From contig CAVPGK010000014.1 in NCBI GenBank assembly GCA_963703955.1, positions 47,048-111,047 on the forward strand: DNA of 64,000 nt, in the 5' to 3' direction. Source of the DNA: Nitrospirota bacterium. GTDB lineage: Bacteria; Nitrospirota; Nitrospiria; Nitrospirales; Nitrospiraceae. The notes below the pieces were generated by a model. It searched no databases. It had not been told where the DNA came from and worked only from the letters and a program-made list of their open reading frames with translations. The translations under genes were made by a program, and so were the position numbers. This document shows positions 35,359 to 45,163 of this stretch, piece after piece (the first letter of the stretch is position 1; every line of letters starts with the position of its first letter).

Positions 35359-36135
35359 CTACAGGCGTCCCCCCTCGTTTGTCAATTCATTTCTCACGAT
35401 GACGACCGAAACGTTGTCGTCGCCGCCCCGGCGGTTTGCCTCCTTCACCAGTGCCGAGCAGGCAGTCTCGGGCGAAGACTTAGTTCGAACGAGGGTATCC
35501 CGTATGTGGTCATCACTCATCATTTTTGTCAGTCCATCCGTGCACAAGAGAAGAAGATCCTCCGGTTGGAGCGCGTAGACCGAAATGTCTGGTTCCACTA
35601 CTGTCTCGGTGCCCAGCGCCCGTGTGAGGACATGGCGAAGGGGATGCGCGAGCGCTTCTTCTTCCGAGAGTTGGCCTTCTGACACGGCGTCTTCTACGAA
35701 TGAGTGATCGCGGGTGAGTCGAGTCAACCGGTCCCCTCGCAACAGATAGGCCCGACTATCACCGACATGGGTGATCGTGGCTTCCGATGTTGTTTGGACG
35801 ATGGTGACGATGACGACGGTCGTGCCCATCCCGATGAATTCGGGACGCCTGAGGGCCTCATCGCGGATCGCTTGATTCGATGCTTGGATGGCCTGGCGTA
35901 GCGCGGTCGCGCGTTCGTCTCGTGCGAGGCGGGAGAACATGCCTGAATGGCGATCCTGCGCGAATTCGCGGGCCAGCGTGTCGACGGCCATCCGACTGGC
36001 GACGTCCCCCCCCACGCGCCCTCCCATTCCATCGGCGACGACCCAGACACCGAGATCATTCATGACCGTAAAGGCATCCTGGTTGGACCGCCGAACCCGA
36101 CCCCGGTCGGTGATACCTGTTCCCTGCCAGGGCAT
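35359..36135 (-). CDS. PP2C-family Ser/Thr phosphatase (Stp1/PrpC-like)
   Basis: TDRGRVRRSNQD, VADGMGG, MGTT, HVGDSRAY, TRDHS, LLCTDGL, GGDDNVS. Confidence 0.95.
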   Translation of the reverse strand: MPWQGTGITDRGRVRRSNQDAFTVMNDLGVWVVADGMGGRVGGDVASRMAVDTLAREFAQDRHSGMFSRLARDERATALRQAIQASNQAIRDEALRRPEFIGMGTTVVIVTIVQTTSEATITHVGDSRAYLLRGDRLTRLTRDHSFVEDAVSEGQLSEEEALAHPLRHVLTRALGTETVVEPDISVYALQPEDLLLLCTDGLTKMMSDDHIRDTLVRTKSSPETACSALVKEANRRGGDDNVSVVIVRNELTNEGGRL

Positions 36136-36161
36136 AGCATTCGACCTCTGCGCAAAGATCA

Positions 36162-36554
36162 TTATGCGAAAGGTGGTCGAGGTGTGTGGGGGTGATGGCG
36201 CTCCACCGGTGGACAATGGATCAGGCCAGCGGGTCCCAAATTGCGCGTGTCGGCCTCATTGTACTCAATCGGCCGATCGTGGGTGTCAGTTCGGCCTCGG
36301 CGCCGCTCATGTCGGAGCCTGACCGCATCCCATCCATCCAAGCCGTCGACCGGCGTAGGGACCCGCCACGGCGACGTCTCCCTGTGGAGGCGGCTCGCTA
36401 CAGTTGCAGTCATTGAGGAGTTTTCGTTCGGGGCTGATGCCAGGAAGAGACTCGACGGCGGGAAGACATGCCAATGCGACACGCCCTGCACCCGGAGCTT
36501 TCGCTCTGTCAGTTCGCCGATGCCCTTGAACAAGATAAGGGTCGATTCAATCAT
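36162..36554 (-). pseudogene. Remnant of a YprB/RNase H-like exonuclease gene
   Basis: N-terminal MIESTLILFKGIGELTERKL and C-terminal GWDAVRL..IEYNEADTRNL family-like motifs; central catalytic region absent; LPGISPERK lies in another frame. Confidence 0.65.
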
Positions 36555-36694
36555 TGCGAGCCTTAGCCGGGGATTCTAGCCTTGCTTTCGATGGAGAAAC
36601 AAGATAAATTCCGCCTTATTATGACACAACAGTGACGCGGGACGATATCGTGGCGCGAGGCTCCGCATGTCACGCATGAAACGGAATCCAGATC

Positions 36695-37078
36695 GTGAGT
36701 GTTCCCAGCAGGCGAATCCTGATTTCAGTCGGCGGGGTGAGTCTCGAGGCCGAATTAAGAAGCAACAAGACGGCAGACGCTATTTTTGCGGCTTTGCCGA
36801 TCGAGAGCGCCTGTAACACCTGGGGAGAAGAATTTTATTGCAAGATCCCCGGCGTCAAAGATCATCGGGAGACCGCCACGACCCAAGTGAAGGTCGGCGA
36901 TGTGGCCTTTTGGGGAGCCGGTGAAGTGCTGGCGATTTTTTTTGGACGGACTCCGATGAGTATGGGCCCCGATCCAGTGCCGGCCGACCGGGTGAATGTT
37001 GTCGGGCGCATCATCGGGGATGCCACCAAGTTCCGCAACGTGATCAATCCGACCACTATCAAGGTTGAGAAGGTCTAA
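36695..37078 (+). CDS. Cyclophilin-like fold protein (DUF369/TM1367-like)
   Basis: TADAIFAALPI...NTWGEEFY, VGDVAFW, LAIFFGRTP, VNVVGRI. Confidence 0.8.
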   Translation: MSVPSRRILISVGGVSLEAELRSNKTADAIFAALPIESACNTWGEEFYCKIPGVKDHRETATTQVKVGDVAFWGAGEVLAIFFGRTPMSMGPDPVPADRVNVVGRIIGDATKFRNVINPTTIKVEKV

Positions 37079-37102
37079 AGACCGAACGGCAGGATCTGAG
37101 CC

Positions 37103-37384
37103 GTGAAGTTGTCGAAAGCCCGGGTCGGTCGCTTAGCAGACACATTGATTTCACGCTTGCAGCAGTCCGGCCATCTTGACGTGGTGGGAGATAAGAAGGT
37201 CGTGATTGATGCCTTGGACCGGGCCATCAGTGAAGAATTGTCGGTGGAAGATCGGTTGAATGCCGAAGTTCGGGAACTGATGAAGCAGTATGATGTAGAA
37301 ATCGAACGCGGGGGCGTGGATTACCAGAAAATGTTTACGATGATCAAGAACAAGCTGGTAAGAGAACGGGGGCTGATCCTGTGA
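37103..37384 (+). CDS. DUF507-family protein
   Basis: EELSVEDRLNAEVRELM..VDYQKMF.MIK.KLVRERG. Confidence 0.75.
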   Translation: MKLSKARVGRLADTLISRLQQSGHLDVVGDKKVVIDALDRAISEELSVEDRLNAEVRELMKQYDVEIERGGVDYQKMFTMIKNKLVRERGLIL

Positions 37385-37471
37385 GACGTCGGGTCCGTTT
37401 GGTCCGTTCAATCAGCTTTGCCAGTGAACGAAGCAAATGGTCAACACGGATAACACGGACGTGACGCTTCC

Positions 37472-37750
37472 ATGTTGCTGAGTGATGACAAAGTCAGCCA
37501 CCTCTCCCATGTGATCATGACCTCTCTCAAGAAGACTTCGGCGGCCCGTCTCAAAGGAGATGAAGAATTGGCGCTACGCGAGATCAAGCGGGTGTTGGCC
37601 GGCGAGCTGGCTGAAGAAGAAACCACTGATCGCACCGTTCGGGCGCGGTTGGCCTCCTACTCGCGTCGGCTGATCGAAGGAAGTCCGGAATGGGACGTCT
37701 TGTATCGGAAACTCTTTGAAGAGGAATTGCGCAAGCGGAACAAACTGTGA
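37472..37750 (+). CDS. DUF507-family protein (second paralog)
   Basis: LSDDKVSHLSH, VRARLASYSRRLIEGSPEWDVLYRKLFEEE. Confidence 0.75.
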   Translation: MLLSDDKVSHLSHVIMTSLKKTSAARLKGDEELALREIKRVLAGELAEEETTDRTVRARLASYSRRLIEGSPEWDVLYRKLFEEELRKRNKL

Positions 37751-37757
37751 GGACCTT

Positions 37758-38210
37758 ATGAAACGTACCGGTCTGTTGCTGATGATCATGGTGACGCTGC
37801 TTTGGGTACCCGGATGTTCGAGTGCGCCTAAGACCAAGCAGAGGTCGCCATTGCCGGTCAAGGCATCGGTTTCTCAAAACGTCACCCAACATAATGTACA
37901 GGGCACCGAGGCTTATCAGAACAAGCAATTCACGGAAGCCAGAACGCACTTCCAGCAGGTGGTTGTCGGTGCGCCGAATTCAGCCGAAGCGCACTACAAC
38001 CTCGGCTTGGCGCTCTTCGCGCTCGGTGAAAACGATCGGGCCCGCGAGCAGTTCATCGAAGCGGCCAACCTGGCACCAGGGGATAAAGTGATTTGGGATT
38101 CTCCGGCGTTGCATCAGTATGGATCGCCTGAGTCCAATATTCCCAAACAGATGAAGGACCAGGCGTATAACAATCAGCGACCGACGTTCGGTGGCTCACC
38201 GAGACGGTGA
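37758..38210 (+). CDS. TPR lipoprotein
   Basis: Lipobox VPGC; TPR AEAHYNLGLALFALGE..AREQF. Confidence 0.8.
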   Translation: MKRTGLLLMIMVTLLWVPGCSSAPKTKQRSPLPVKASVSQNVTQHNVQGTEAYQNKQFTEARTHFQQVVVGAPNSAEAHYNLGLALFALGENDRAREQFIEAANLAPGDKVIWDSPALHQYGSPESNIPKQMKDQAYNNQRPTFGGSPRR

Positions 38211-38232
38211 GGCGAGAAGGAGCATCAACAAG

Positions 38233-38706
38233 ATGGCTGCGGAGCTGAAGGTCGGCGACAAGGCCCCGGCATTTTCGCTCCCGAACCAGGCAGGGCAGAG
38301 CGTCACGCTGAAGAGCCTGAAAGGCATGTCGGTCGTGCTGTATTTCTACCCCAAGGATGATACACCGGGATGCACTAAGGAGGCGTGCGGATTTCGGGAC
38401 TCGATGGCATCGCTAAAGAAGACCGGCGCGGTCGTTGTGGGGGTCAGTCTGGACGACGCTGACTCACACCGCAAGTTTGTCGACAAGTATGGGTTGCCGT
38501 TCTCCTTGCTCAGTGACGAAGAGGCCGTCGTGTCCAAAGCGTATGGTGTCTACAAGCAGAAGAACATGTACGGAAAGAAGTTTTGGGGAATTGAACGAAG
38601 CACGTTCGTGATTGATGGAGCAGGAACGATCACGGCGATCTTCCGCAAGGTCAAGGTGGATGGTCATGTGGACGAAGTGCTAGCGGCCTTGAACCGGCAT
38701 GGATGA
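38233..38706 (+). CDS. bcp: Thioredoxin-dependent peroxiredoxin Bcp
   Basis: LYFYPKDDTPGCTKEAC.FRD, GIERSTFVID. Confidence 0.95.
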   Translation: MAAELKVGDKAPAFSLPNQAGQSVTLKSLKGMSVVLYFYPKDDTPGCTKEACGFRDSMASLKKTGAVVVGVSLDDADSHRKFVDKYGLPFSLLSDEEAVVSKAYGVYKQKNMYGKKFWGIERSTFVIDGAGTITAIFRKVKVDGHVDEVLAALNRHG

Positions 38707-38938
38707 CCGGGAGAGAACGTGGCGTGGGCTCCAGGCGGCTTCTCTTTCGATCATCACCGGAGTGGGGCATTTGTATCTTGGCGAAAAACGCGGGTATGCG
38801 CTGTTCGCTTGCGGCGCGGCGCTGTTTCTCATCTCTCGCCTGTTTTGGCCGCCCGCGGAATTGTTGTACATCAGTCTCATGATCTTTTCTGCGGTCGACG
38901 CGTATGGGATCGCCAAGCGCGGTCATGGCCTGTTCTGA
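38699..38938 (+). CDS. Small membrane protein
   Basis: LSIITGVGHLYLG..RG (TM2-like motif); hydrophobic; overlaps the bcp stop. Confidence 0.7.
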   Translation: MDDRERTWRGLQAASLSIITGVGHLYLGEKRGYALFACGAALFLISRLFWPPAELLYISLMIFSAVDAYGIAKRGHGLF

Positions 38939-38984
38939 CCGCCCGCGCTCCTCGTGAATCGTTCATCGAGCAGGAGGTGTCGCG

Positions 38985-40367
38985 GTGCGCGATCGTTCAC
39001 GACGCTCTTCGTCTCCTCTCAAGTCCCGGACGAATCTCATCCCCTTGATAACCGTCACGCCGCCCGGTTCCCAGGCCAAGGCCTGGGTCGCGCGAGATCA
39101 GCGCAGCCTTTCCCAGTCGGCAACCCGAATTTATCCGCTCGTCGTGCAAAAGGCGCGAGGGGCCATCGTTGAGGACGTGGACGGTAACCGGTATCTGGAC
39201 TTCACGGCGGGGATCGCGGTGGTGTCGACGGGCCATGCACATCCGAAGGTGGTGGCGGCGATCCGGAAACAGGCGGCGCGCTTTCTTCACATGTCCGGAA
39301 CGGATTTTTATTACCCTGCGCAAATCAAGCTGGCGGAGACCATCGGACGCATCACGCCGGGCAAGAAACCCAAGCGAGCCTTTTTCAGCAACTCGGGCGC
39401 AGAGGCGGTCGAAGCCGCCTTCAAGTTAGCGCGATACCGCACTCGCCGTCCGCTTATGATTGCGTTTCAAGGTGGGTTTCACGGGCGCACGATGGGGGCG
39501 CTGTCGCTGACGGGAAGCAAGGCCGTTCAACGCCGCCACTTCTCCCCGCTGGTCCCGGGCGTGACCCATGTACCATACGCGAATTGTTACCGCTGTCCGT
39601 ACGGCCTGACCTACCCGTCGTGCAAAATGCACTGTGTCCAGGTCATCCGGGATGTGTATTTCAAGAGCACTGTTCCCCCCGAAGAAGTCGCTGCAATCGT
39701 CGTCGAGCCGATCCAAGGCGAAGGCGGTATCATCGTGCCGCCTCCCGAGTTCCACCCCATGCTGGCTTCCCTGGCAAAAGAGTTCGGCATTCTCTATGTC
39801 GTCGATGAGGTCCAGACGGGAATGGGCCGAACCGGGAAGATGTTCGCCAGTGAGCACTGGGGATTGCTGCCGGACATCATGGCCATCGGAAAAGGGATCG
39901 CCTCGGGTCTTCCTATGGGCGCGACGGTCGCGCTGGCCGACGTGATGGATTGGCCTGCCGGCTCACATGCCAATACCTTCGGGGGAAATCCCGTCGCGTG
40001 CGAAGCGGCCCTTGTCACGATCGAACTGCTGGAACAACGTCTGGTGAAAAATGCGGCCGTGGTGGGTCAATATCTCCTGAAGGCCTTGGACGAGATGAAG
40101 GCTCGCCACCGGCTCATCGGCGAGGTGCGCGGAAAGGGATTGATGATCGGAATCGAATGTGTTCGCGACCCTGACACCAAGGAAATGGCGATTCAGGAAC
40201 GGAATGACGTGGTGCGGCGCTGCTTCCGGAAAGGATTGCTGTTGCTCGGGTGTGGGCAGAACGTGATCAGGATGGTGCCACCTTTGACCATTACGAAACG
40301 GGACGCGGACGTGGCGTTGGACATTTTGGACGGGGTGCTCAGTGATGTCGAAGGAAGGCGCCATTAA
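38985..40367 (+). CDS. Class III PLP aminotransferase (4-aminobutyrate/acetylornithine family)
   Basis: DVDGNRYLDF, NSGAEAVE, FHGRT, EPIQGEGG, DEVQTGMGRTG, GKGIASG, NTFGGNP. Confidence 0.93.
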   Translation: MRDRSRRSSSPLKSRTNLIPLITVTPPGSQAKAWVARDQRSLSQSATRIYPLVVQKARGAIVEDVDGNRYLDFTAGIAVVSTGHAHPKVVAAIRKQAARFLHMSGTDFYYPAQIKLAETIGRITPGKKPKRAFFSNSGAEAVEAAFKLARYRTRRPLMIAFQGGFHGRTMGALSLTGSKAVQRRHFSPLVPGVTHVPYANCYRCPYGLTYPSCKMHCVQVIRDVYFKSTVPPEEVAAIVVEPIQGEGGIIVPPPEFHPMLASLAKEFGILYVVDEVQTGMGRTGKMFASEHWGLLPDIMAIGKGIASGLPMGATVALADVMDWPAGSHANTFGGNPVACEAALVTIELLEQRLVKNAAVVGQYLLKALDEMKARHRLIGEVRGKGLMIGIECVRDPDTKEMAIQERNDVVRRCFRKGLLLLGCGQNVIRMVPPLTITKRDADVALDILDGVLSDVEGRRH

Positions 40368-41223
40368 GCTGCGGCCGCGGCTCGCTGGCTTGATCGGCCT
40401 GGCATGCCTGACGCTGGGTGAGGCTCTTGCGGGAGAAAAGGTTGCGGGCACCCTGTCGGTGCGCGATGGGTTGACGATGCCCGGACGTCCGGTCATGATC
40501 GAGGCCACATTGGTTCAGGACACCCTTCTGAGGCAGGCCGGAATAGGCGGGGAGCTCGTCGAGTTTTTGGTGGGAGGAAAGAAAGCCGGCACCTCGATGA
40601 CGGGCGGCGATGGGCGCGCGCGCCTGCAATACACCCCTCACATGCGTGGGAACCAGACGGTGACGGCGAAGCTTGCCGAAAGCAAGCGCGTGCAATCGCC
40701 GGAAGCCGCAGGCACGCTGTTCGTCTGGGAACGGCGGCGGCCAGTCTTGCTGGTCGAGTTTGCCGCGCTGACCGAACCCGCCAAGAATCCGGTCGTCGCA
40801 ATCCCGCCGCTGGCCGGGAAATTGACCGGTCAGCCATCTCCCACTCCGCTTCCGGAGGCGGCGGATGAGCTGAAGCGGCTCGCCGATTTCTTTTTCAATG
40901 TGACCTACGTCTCGCGAACCGGTGTCGCCATGAGCACCACCGAAGCCCAGCGAGAGTGGCTGCGGCAACACAGCTTTCCTTCGGGGTTCCTGGTCGACAT
41001 CAAACCGGACAAGGCGGCTCTTGGGACCGTGATTGAAGAGCTGCGTGATCAGGGTTGGGATAACCTGAAATCCGGGGTTGGGCGAACCAAGGACTTCGCC
41101 GATGTTCTGGTTGAGCATCGAATTATGGTAGTGATTGTCCCGGAACCGGAGCGGGGAGACCTGCCGAAAAAAGCCCAGGTTGCAAAGGGTTGGAAGGAGG
41201 TGAGAAAGAAGCTACAAGGCTAG
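40345..41223 (+). CDS. Exported hypothetical protein: Ig-like domain plus degenerate HAD-like domain
   Basis: Signal-like N-terminus; beta-rich segment (TGGDGRA); PLPEAADEL, TYVSR, REWLRQHSFPSG, GVG resemble LNS2/App1 HAD layout without DxD. Confidence 0.6.
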   Translation: MSKEGAIKLRPRLAGLIGLACLTLGEALAGEKVAGTLSVRDGLTMPGRPVMIEATLVQDTLLRQAGIGGELVEFLVGGKKAGTSMTGGDGRARLQYTPHMRGNQTVTAKLAESKRVQSPEAAGTLFVWERRRPVLLVEFAALTEPAKNPVVAIPPLAGKLTGQPSPTPLPEAADELKRLADFFFNVTYVSRTGVAMSTTEAQREWLRQHSFPSGFLVDIKPDKAALGTVIEELRDQGWDNLKSGVGRTKDFADVLVEHRIMVVIVPEPERGDLPKKAQVAKGWKEVRKKLQG

Positions 41224-41336
41224 AGGATGAGGGTATCCTGGGGAATCGCAAGGCTTTTGAAATTTGACCCCTTATTCCTTTAAGATGCGGTTGAACTTGC
41301 AGTGGTGATCACAATGTGACCAAGAGGCCTCAGTCG

Positions 41337-42698
41337 ATGCGCGCGAAGACCAGTTTCCTCTGCCAGGCCTGCGGACATCAATCTCCCCGATGGCTTGGGC
41401 GTTGCCCCGATTGCGGAGGCTGGAATACGCTAAAGGAAGAACGCATCGTCGGGCCGGGCCGAGGCCGCCCTTCGGTCCTCAAACTGGCTTCGTCAACCGC
41501 CACTCCGATTGCCGAGATCAAGACGCTCGGGGAACATCGTCGTCGAACCGGGATCGGGGAATTTGACCGGGTTCTGGGGGGCGGCGTCATTCCTGGGTCC
41601 GTCGTGTTGGTCGGCGGCGATCCCGGAATCGGAAAGACCACTCTTCTCCTGCAGGCTCTCCCTAAGTTAGGGTCCGATAGAGACACCGTACTCTATGTGT
41701 CCGGTGAGGAATCGCCTCAGCAAATCAAGATGCGAGGTCAGCGGCTGGGCGTGTGTGACTCCGGGCTCTACATTTTGGCCGAAACGTCCTTGGAGGGCAT
41801 CCTCAAGACAGTTCAAGAACTCCGACCGTCGGCTCTGGTCGTCGATTCCATTCAAACCGTGTACACAGACCAGATCACATCCGCCCCGGGCAGTATCAGC
41901 CAGGTGCAGGAGGTGGCCGGTCAGCTCATGGGGTTCGCCAAGCGAAGCGGTGTCCCGGTGTTTATCATTGGGCATGTGACTAAGGAAGGCGCTATTGCCG
42001 GTCCGCGTCTTCTCGAGCATATCGTCGATACGGTCCTCTATTTTGAGGGAGACAAGGGGCACAGCTATCGTCTCTTACGCGCGGTGAAAAACAGGTTCGG
42101 CTCAACCAATGAAATTGGCGTCTTTGAGATGAAGGACACTGGGCTCGAAGAGGTCGGCAATCCCTCAGAGCTGTTTTTGGCCGAGCGTCCGGCAAAAAGC
42201 ACTGGCTCAGTTGTCGTCTCCAGCCTCGAAGGATCGAGGCCGATCCTGGTCGAGTTGCAGGCCTTGGTATCCCCGACGGGGTACTCTTTGCCGAAGCGCA
42301 TGGCGAAGGGAGTCGAGAGCAACCGGGTCTCATTGCTGCTCGCGGTCATGGAAAAGCGGATGGGATTGCATCTGTCGGGTCAGGATGTGTACGTGAATGT
42401 CGTCGGCGGCATGCGGGTCGATGAGCCGGCGATTGACCTGGGTATTGTGAGCGCGGTGACGTCCAGTCTGCGCGAATGTCCTATCGACCACGGCACAGTG
42501 GTCCTGGGTGAAATGGGATTAGGGGGTGAAGTGCGCGCGATCAGTCAGGCGGAGCTTCGGGTGCGCGAAGCGGCGAAGATGGGATTCCGTCGATGCCTGC
42601 TGCCTCACCGCAACCTGTCGAAGTTGAATCTAGTGGAAGGCATCGAATTGATCGGCATCCGTGAGGTGGGAGAAGCGTTGGATGTGGTATTCGCCTAG
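41337..42698 (+). CDS. radA: DNA repair protein RadA/Sms
   Basis: CQACG..WLGRCPDC zinc finger, GGDPGIGKT, KNRFG, Lon-like C-domain. Confidence 0.98.
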   Translation: MRAKTSFLCQACGHQSPRWLGRCPDCGGWNTLKEERIVGPGRGRPSVLKLASSTATPIAEIKTLGEHRRRTGIGEFDRVLGGGVIPGSVVLVGGDPGIGKTTLLLQALPKLGSDRDTVLYVSGEESPQQIKMRGQRLGVCDSGLYILAETSLEGILKTVQELRPSALVVDSIQTVYTDQITSAPGSISQVQEVAGQLMGFAKRSGVPVFIIGHVTKEGAIAGPRLLEHIVDTVLYFEGDKGHSYRLLRAVKNRFGSTNEIGVFEMKDTGLEEVGNPSELFLAERPAKSTGSVVVSSLEGSRPILVELQALVSPTGYSLPKRMAKGVESNRVSLLLAVMEKRMGLHLSGQDVYVNVVGGMRVDEPAIDLGIVSAVTSSLRECPIDHGTVVLGEMGLGGEVRAISQAELRVREAAKMGFRRCLLPHRNLSKLNLVEGIELIGIREVGEALDVVFA

Positions 42699-42717
42699 CC
42701 AACGCGAAGGTAAAAAA

Positions 42718-43632
42718 GTGAGAGGAAAAACTATACAGCGCCGATGTGTTGCCTTTTTGCTTTGTACGGTTGTGCTCGGCGTGGTTGCAGGCTGCGCCGG
42801 CCAGTTTACCCGCTCCGAGGCGCTGCCGGAGGTGACATCCGAACAACTGATAGAGCTCCTGCGTGAACGGGAAGCCACTGTCCAGACGATGAAGGGACTG
42901 TTCAGAGCGCAGATCCAGGGCCCAGGGATTCCGATTGCTCAACGGGTAGAAGGCGCAGTGTATTATCGGCGCCAGGACGCGCTTCGGTTGCAAGGCTTCA
43001 ATCGTCTTGGGGCGGAACTGTTTGAGTTCGTCCTGGGAGCGGAGGTCTATATGCTTCGGTTACCGGCGGGCCGGATCCTGACCGGGAGCCCCGCCGAGCT
43101 GGAACGGAACGGCAGTATTGCGCGACCGTTCAAGCTGAGTGTCTTGGCGATGAGCGGTGTGGTCGGCATTTCCGGGGTCACCAAAGAACAGCGGACCGTA
43201 TTGTCAGTGGATGGGGATCGGTATCGCCTCGATGTGTTCGCCGGACCACGCGATCCGCCGGACCCGTCTAGTCCGTTCAGACGCCTCTGGTTTGATCGTC
43301 GCTCCCTACAGGTTGTGCAGGAAGAACGACTGACGGCGGCCGGTGACGTGGAGGCAACGGCCCTGTTTGATGACTATCGACCCGTGGGCTCGGTAGGGGA
43401 TGGCTCTGTTTCAGTCGCAGCAACTTCGGAGACCACCAATCTCGTCAAGCCGTTTCGGATCACGGCACAAGATGGGCAGGGGCGAGGATTCATTTTCCTG
43501 ACGTTTCATGAAATCGTGCCGAATGCCGCGATTAAGCCCGAGGAACTCAGGCTGACAGGATGGAATGAGCAGCACAGTGGGATGGTTCCCATGATCGCGC
43601 ATGACCAGTTGGGTGGTGGGTTTGTTGAGTGA
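42718..43632 (+). CDS. Lipoprotein (LolA/LolB-like or DUF4292-like fold suspected)
   Basis: Lipobox VAGC; beta-rich body; RLWFDR; start uncertain. Confidence 0.6.
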   Translation: MRGKTIQRRCVAFLLCTVVLGVVAGCAGQFTRSEALPEVTSEQLIELLREREATVQTMKGLFRAQIQGPGIPIAQRVEGAVYYRRQDALRLQGFNRLGAELFEFVLGAEVYMLRLPAGRILTGSPAELERNGSIARPFKLSVLAMSGVVGISGVTKEQRTVLSVDGDRYRLDVFAGPRDPPDPSSPFRRLWFDRRSLQVVQEERLTAAGDVEATALFDDYRPVGSVGDGSVSVAATSETTNLVKPFRITAQDGQGRGFIFLTFHEIVPNAAIKPEELRLTGWNEQHSGMVPMIAHDQLGGGFVE

Positions 43633-44360
43633 TGAGGAAAACCGTGAAGCTCCTGGCGGTTGAAACGGCCACAACACGCCTGAGCGTGGCCTTGTTGGAT
43701 GGAAAGAAGGCCGTGGCCAAGGTCAATAAGGAAGCCGAAGGACAGCATGCCAAGCATCTCATTCCGGCGATTGATCACGTCCTGCGCGCGAGCGGGCTCA
43801 CGCTTCTGGAACTTCAGGGGTTGGCAGTCTCGATCGGCCCGGGCTCGTTCACGGGGCTTCGGGTCGGGCTCGCGACTGTGATGGCGTTCCGAATGGTGAC
43901 CGGGCTTCCCCTCGCGGCGGTCCCGACCTTGGAAGCGCTGGCGTGGAATCTGCGTGGCACGGATCGGCTGGTCTGTCCGGTTCTCAAAGCTCGAAGCGGG
44001 GAAGTCTATTGGGCCCTCTATCGGTGGATCGAACCTGAAACGCTCACCTCTGTCGGTGAGGAACGGGTGGGCACTCTGGAAACGATGGCGCAGTCTCTCA
44101 GTGGTTCCGCTATCGTCTTCGGGGAGGGATGGGAGGCGAACCGGGACGCCCTCCGCCGGATTTTCGAGAAGAGACAATTGCAGGTCGAGGAAGCGCCGTT
44201 GAAGGCTAATACCGCATCCGCCATAAGTGTGGGGTTAGCCGGAGGTGACCGCCTTGCTCGAGGCGAGACCGCAGGCCAGGGCATTTCCCCTCGCTATGTC
44301 CAACGGGCGGAGGCGGAGCTGATGATGGAGCGTCGAGCGGCCGGAACTCGAACGTCGTGA
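43629..44360 (+). CDS. tsaB: tRNA t6A biosynthesis protein TsaB
   Basis: LLAVETAT, H...LIPAI, GPGSFTGLRVG, PTLEALA, ARSGEVY, PRY. Confidence 0.95.
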   Translation: MMRKTVKLLAVETATTRLSVALLDGKKAVAKVNKEAEGQHAKHLIPAIDHVLRASGLTLLELQGLAVSIGPGSFTGLRVGLATVMAFRMVTGLPLAAVPTLEALAWNLRGTDRLVCPVLKARSGEVYWALYRWIEPETLTSVGEERVGTLETMAQSLSGSAIVFGEGWEANRDALRRIFEKRQLQVEEAPLKANTASAISVGLAGGDRLARGETAGQGISPRYVQRAEAELMMERRAAGTRTS

Positions 44361-44857
44361 GTGTCAGTCCAAAAAGAGAGCAAGCCGGACATGTCCTCAT
44401 CGAGGTGGCGACCAATCTGGACTTGGAGAGGGTGTTGGAGATCGAGCATGAATCCTTTTCGGCTCCTTGGACACGCAAGATGTTCGAAGTAGAATTAGGA
44501 GAGAACCCATTCGGATACCTCTTTACGGCTCGGATCACGGGAGAAAATGATACCGAGTCGGTAAGAGGCTACGTGTGTTTTTGGGTCGTCTTCGAGGAAT
44601 TCCGGCTGATGAACCTTGCCGTGGCTCGTTCGGCTCGTCGGCAGGGCATCGGGAGAGAATTACTGCGAAGCGCCTTGACGCTGGGCCGGCTGGAAGGCGC
44701 AACGCGAGCCCTGCTGGAGGTACGCGCGTCGAATGCAGCGGCCCTCCAACTGTATGAACAAACCGGATTTCGTCGAACGGCCGCAAGAGAGAAGTACTAT
44801 ACGAACCCCGTTGAGGACGCGGTGTTGATGGAAATGAACCCGTTAGTCGGAGGGTAG
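44357..44857 (+). CDS. rimI: Ribosomal protein S18 alanine N-acetyltransferase
   Basis: IEHESFSAPWT, NLAV..ARRQGIG, LEVRASN..A..LY, YY..PVEDA; follows tsaB. Confidence 0.92.
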   Translation: MSVSPKREQAGHVLIEVATNLDLERVLEIEHESFSAPWTRKMFEVELGENPFGYLFTARITGENDTESVRGYVCFWVVFEEFRLMNLAVARSARRQGIGRELLRSALTLGRLEGATRALLEVRASNAAALQLYEQTGFRRTAAREKYYTNPVEDAVLMEMNPLVGG

Positions 44858-44928
44858 GAGGAGTTCGAGCTGATGGGGAGGCACCCGGGCTCTGTCCCTT
44901 GCGTGCTTCCTAAACCAGGAGGTGACAC

Positions 44929-45162
44929 ATGGTGAGTGAAGATCGGATTGCGGATCAGCTGCGCGCCTCGAACACGGAGTTCCGACAATTGGAGGAATCC
45001 CACCATCGGCTGGATGTCGAATTGAGCGAGCTGCAAAAGCGGCACGTGCTCACCCCACAGGAAGAGATGCTGAAGAAACAAATTCAAAAGGAAAAATTAG
45101 CCATGAAAGACAAAATGGCTGAATTTATCCGTCTCTATCGCCAAGAGGCTCCGTCCCACTAG
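44929..45162 (+). CDS. DUF465/YdcH-family coiled-coil protein
   Basis: EFRQLEESHHRLD...KKQ.QKEKL.MKD; AGGAGG RBS. Confidence 0.8.
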   Translation: MVSEDRIADQLRASNTEFRQLEESHHRLDVELSELQKRHVLTPQEEMLKKQIQKEKLAMKDKMAEFIRLYRQEAPSH

Positions 45163-45163
45163 T

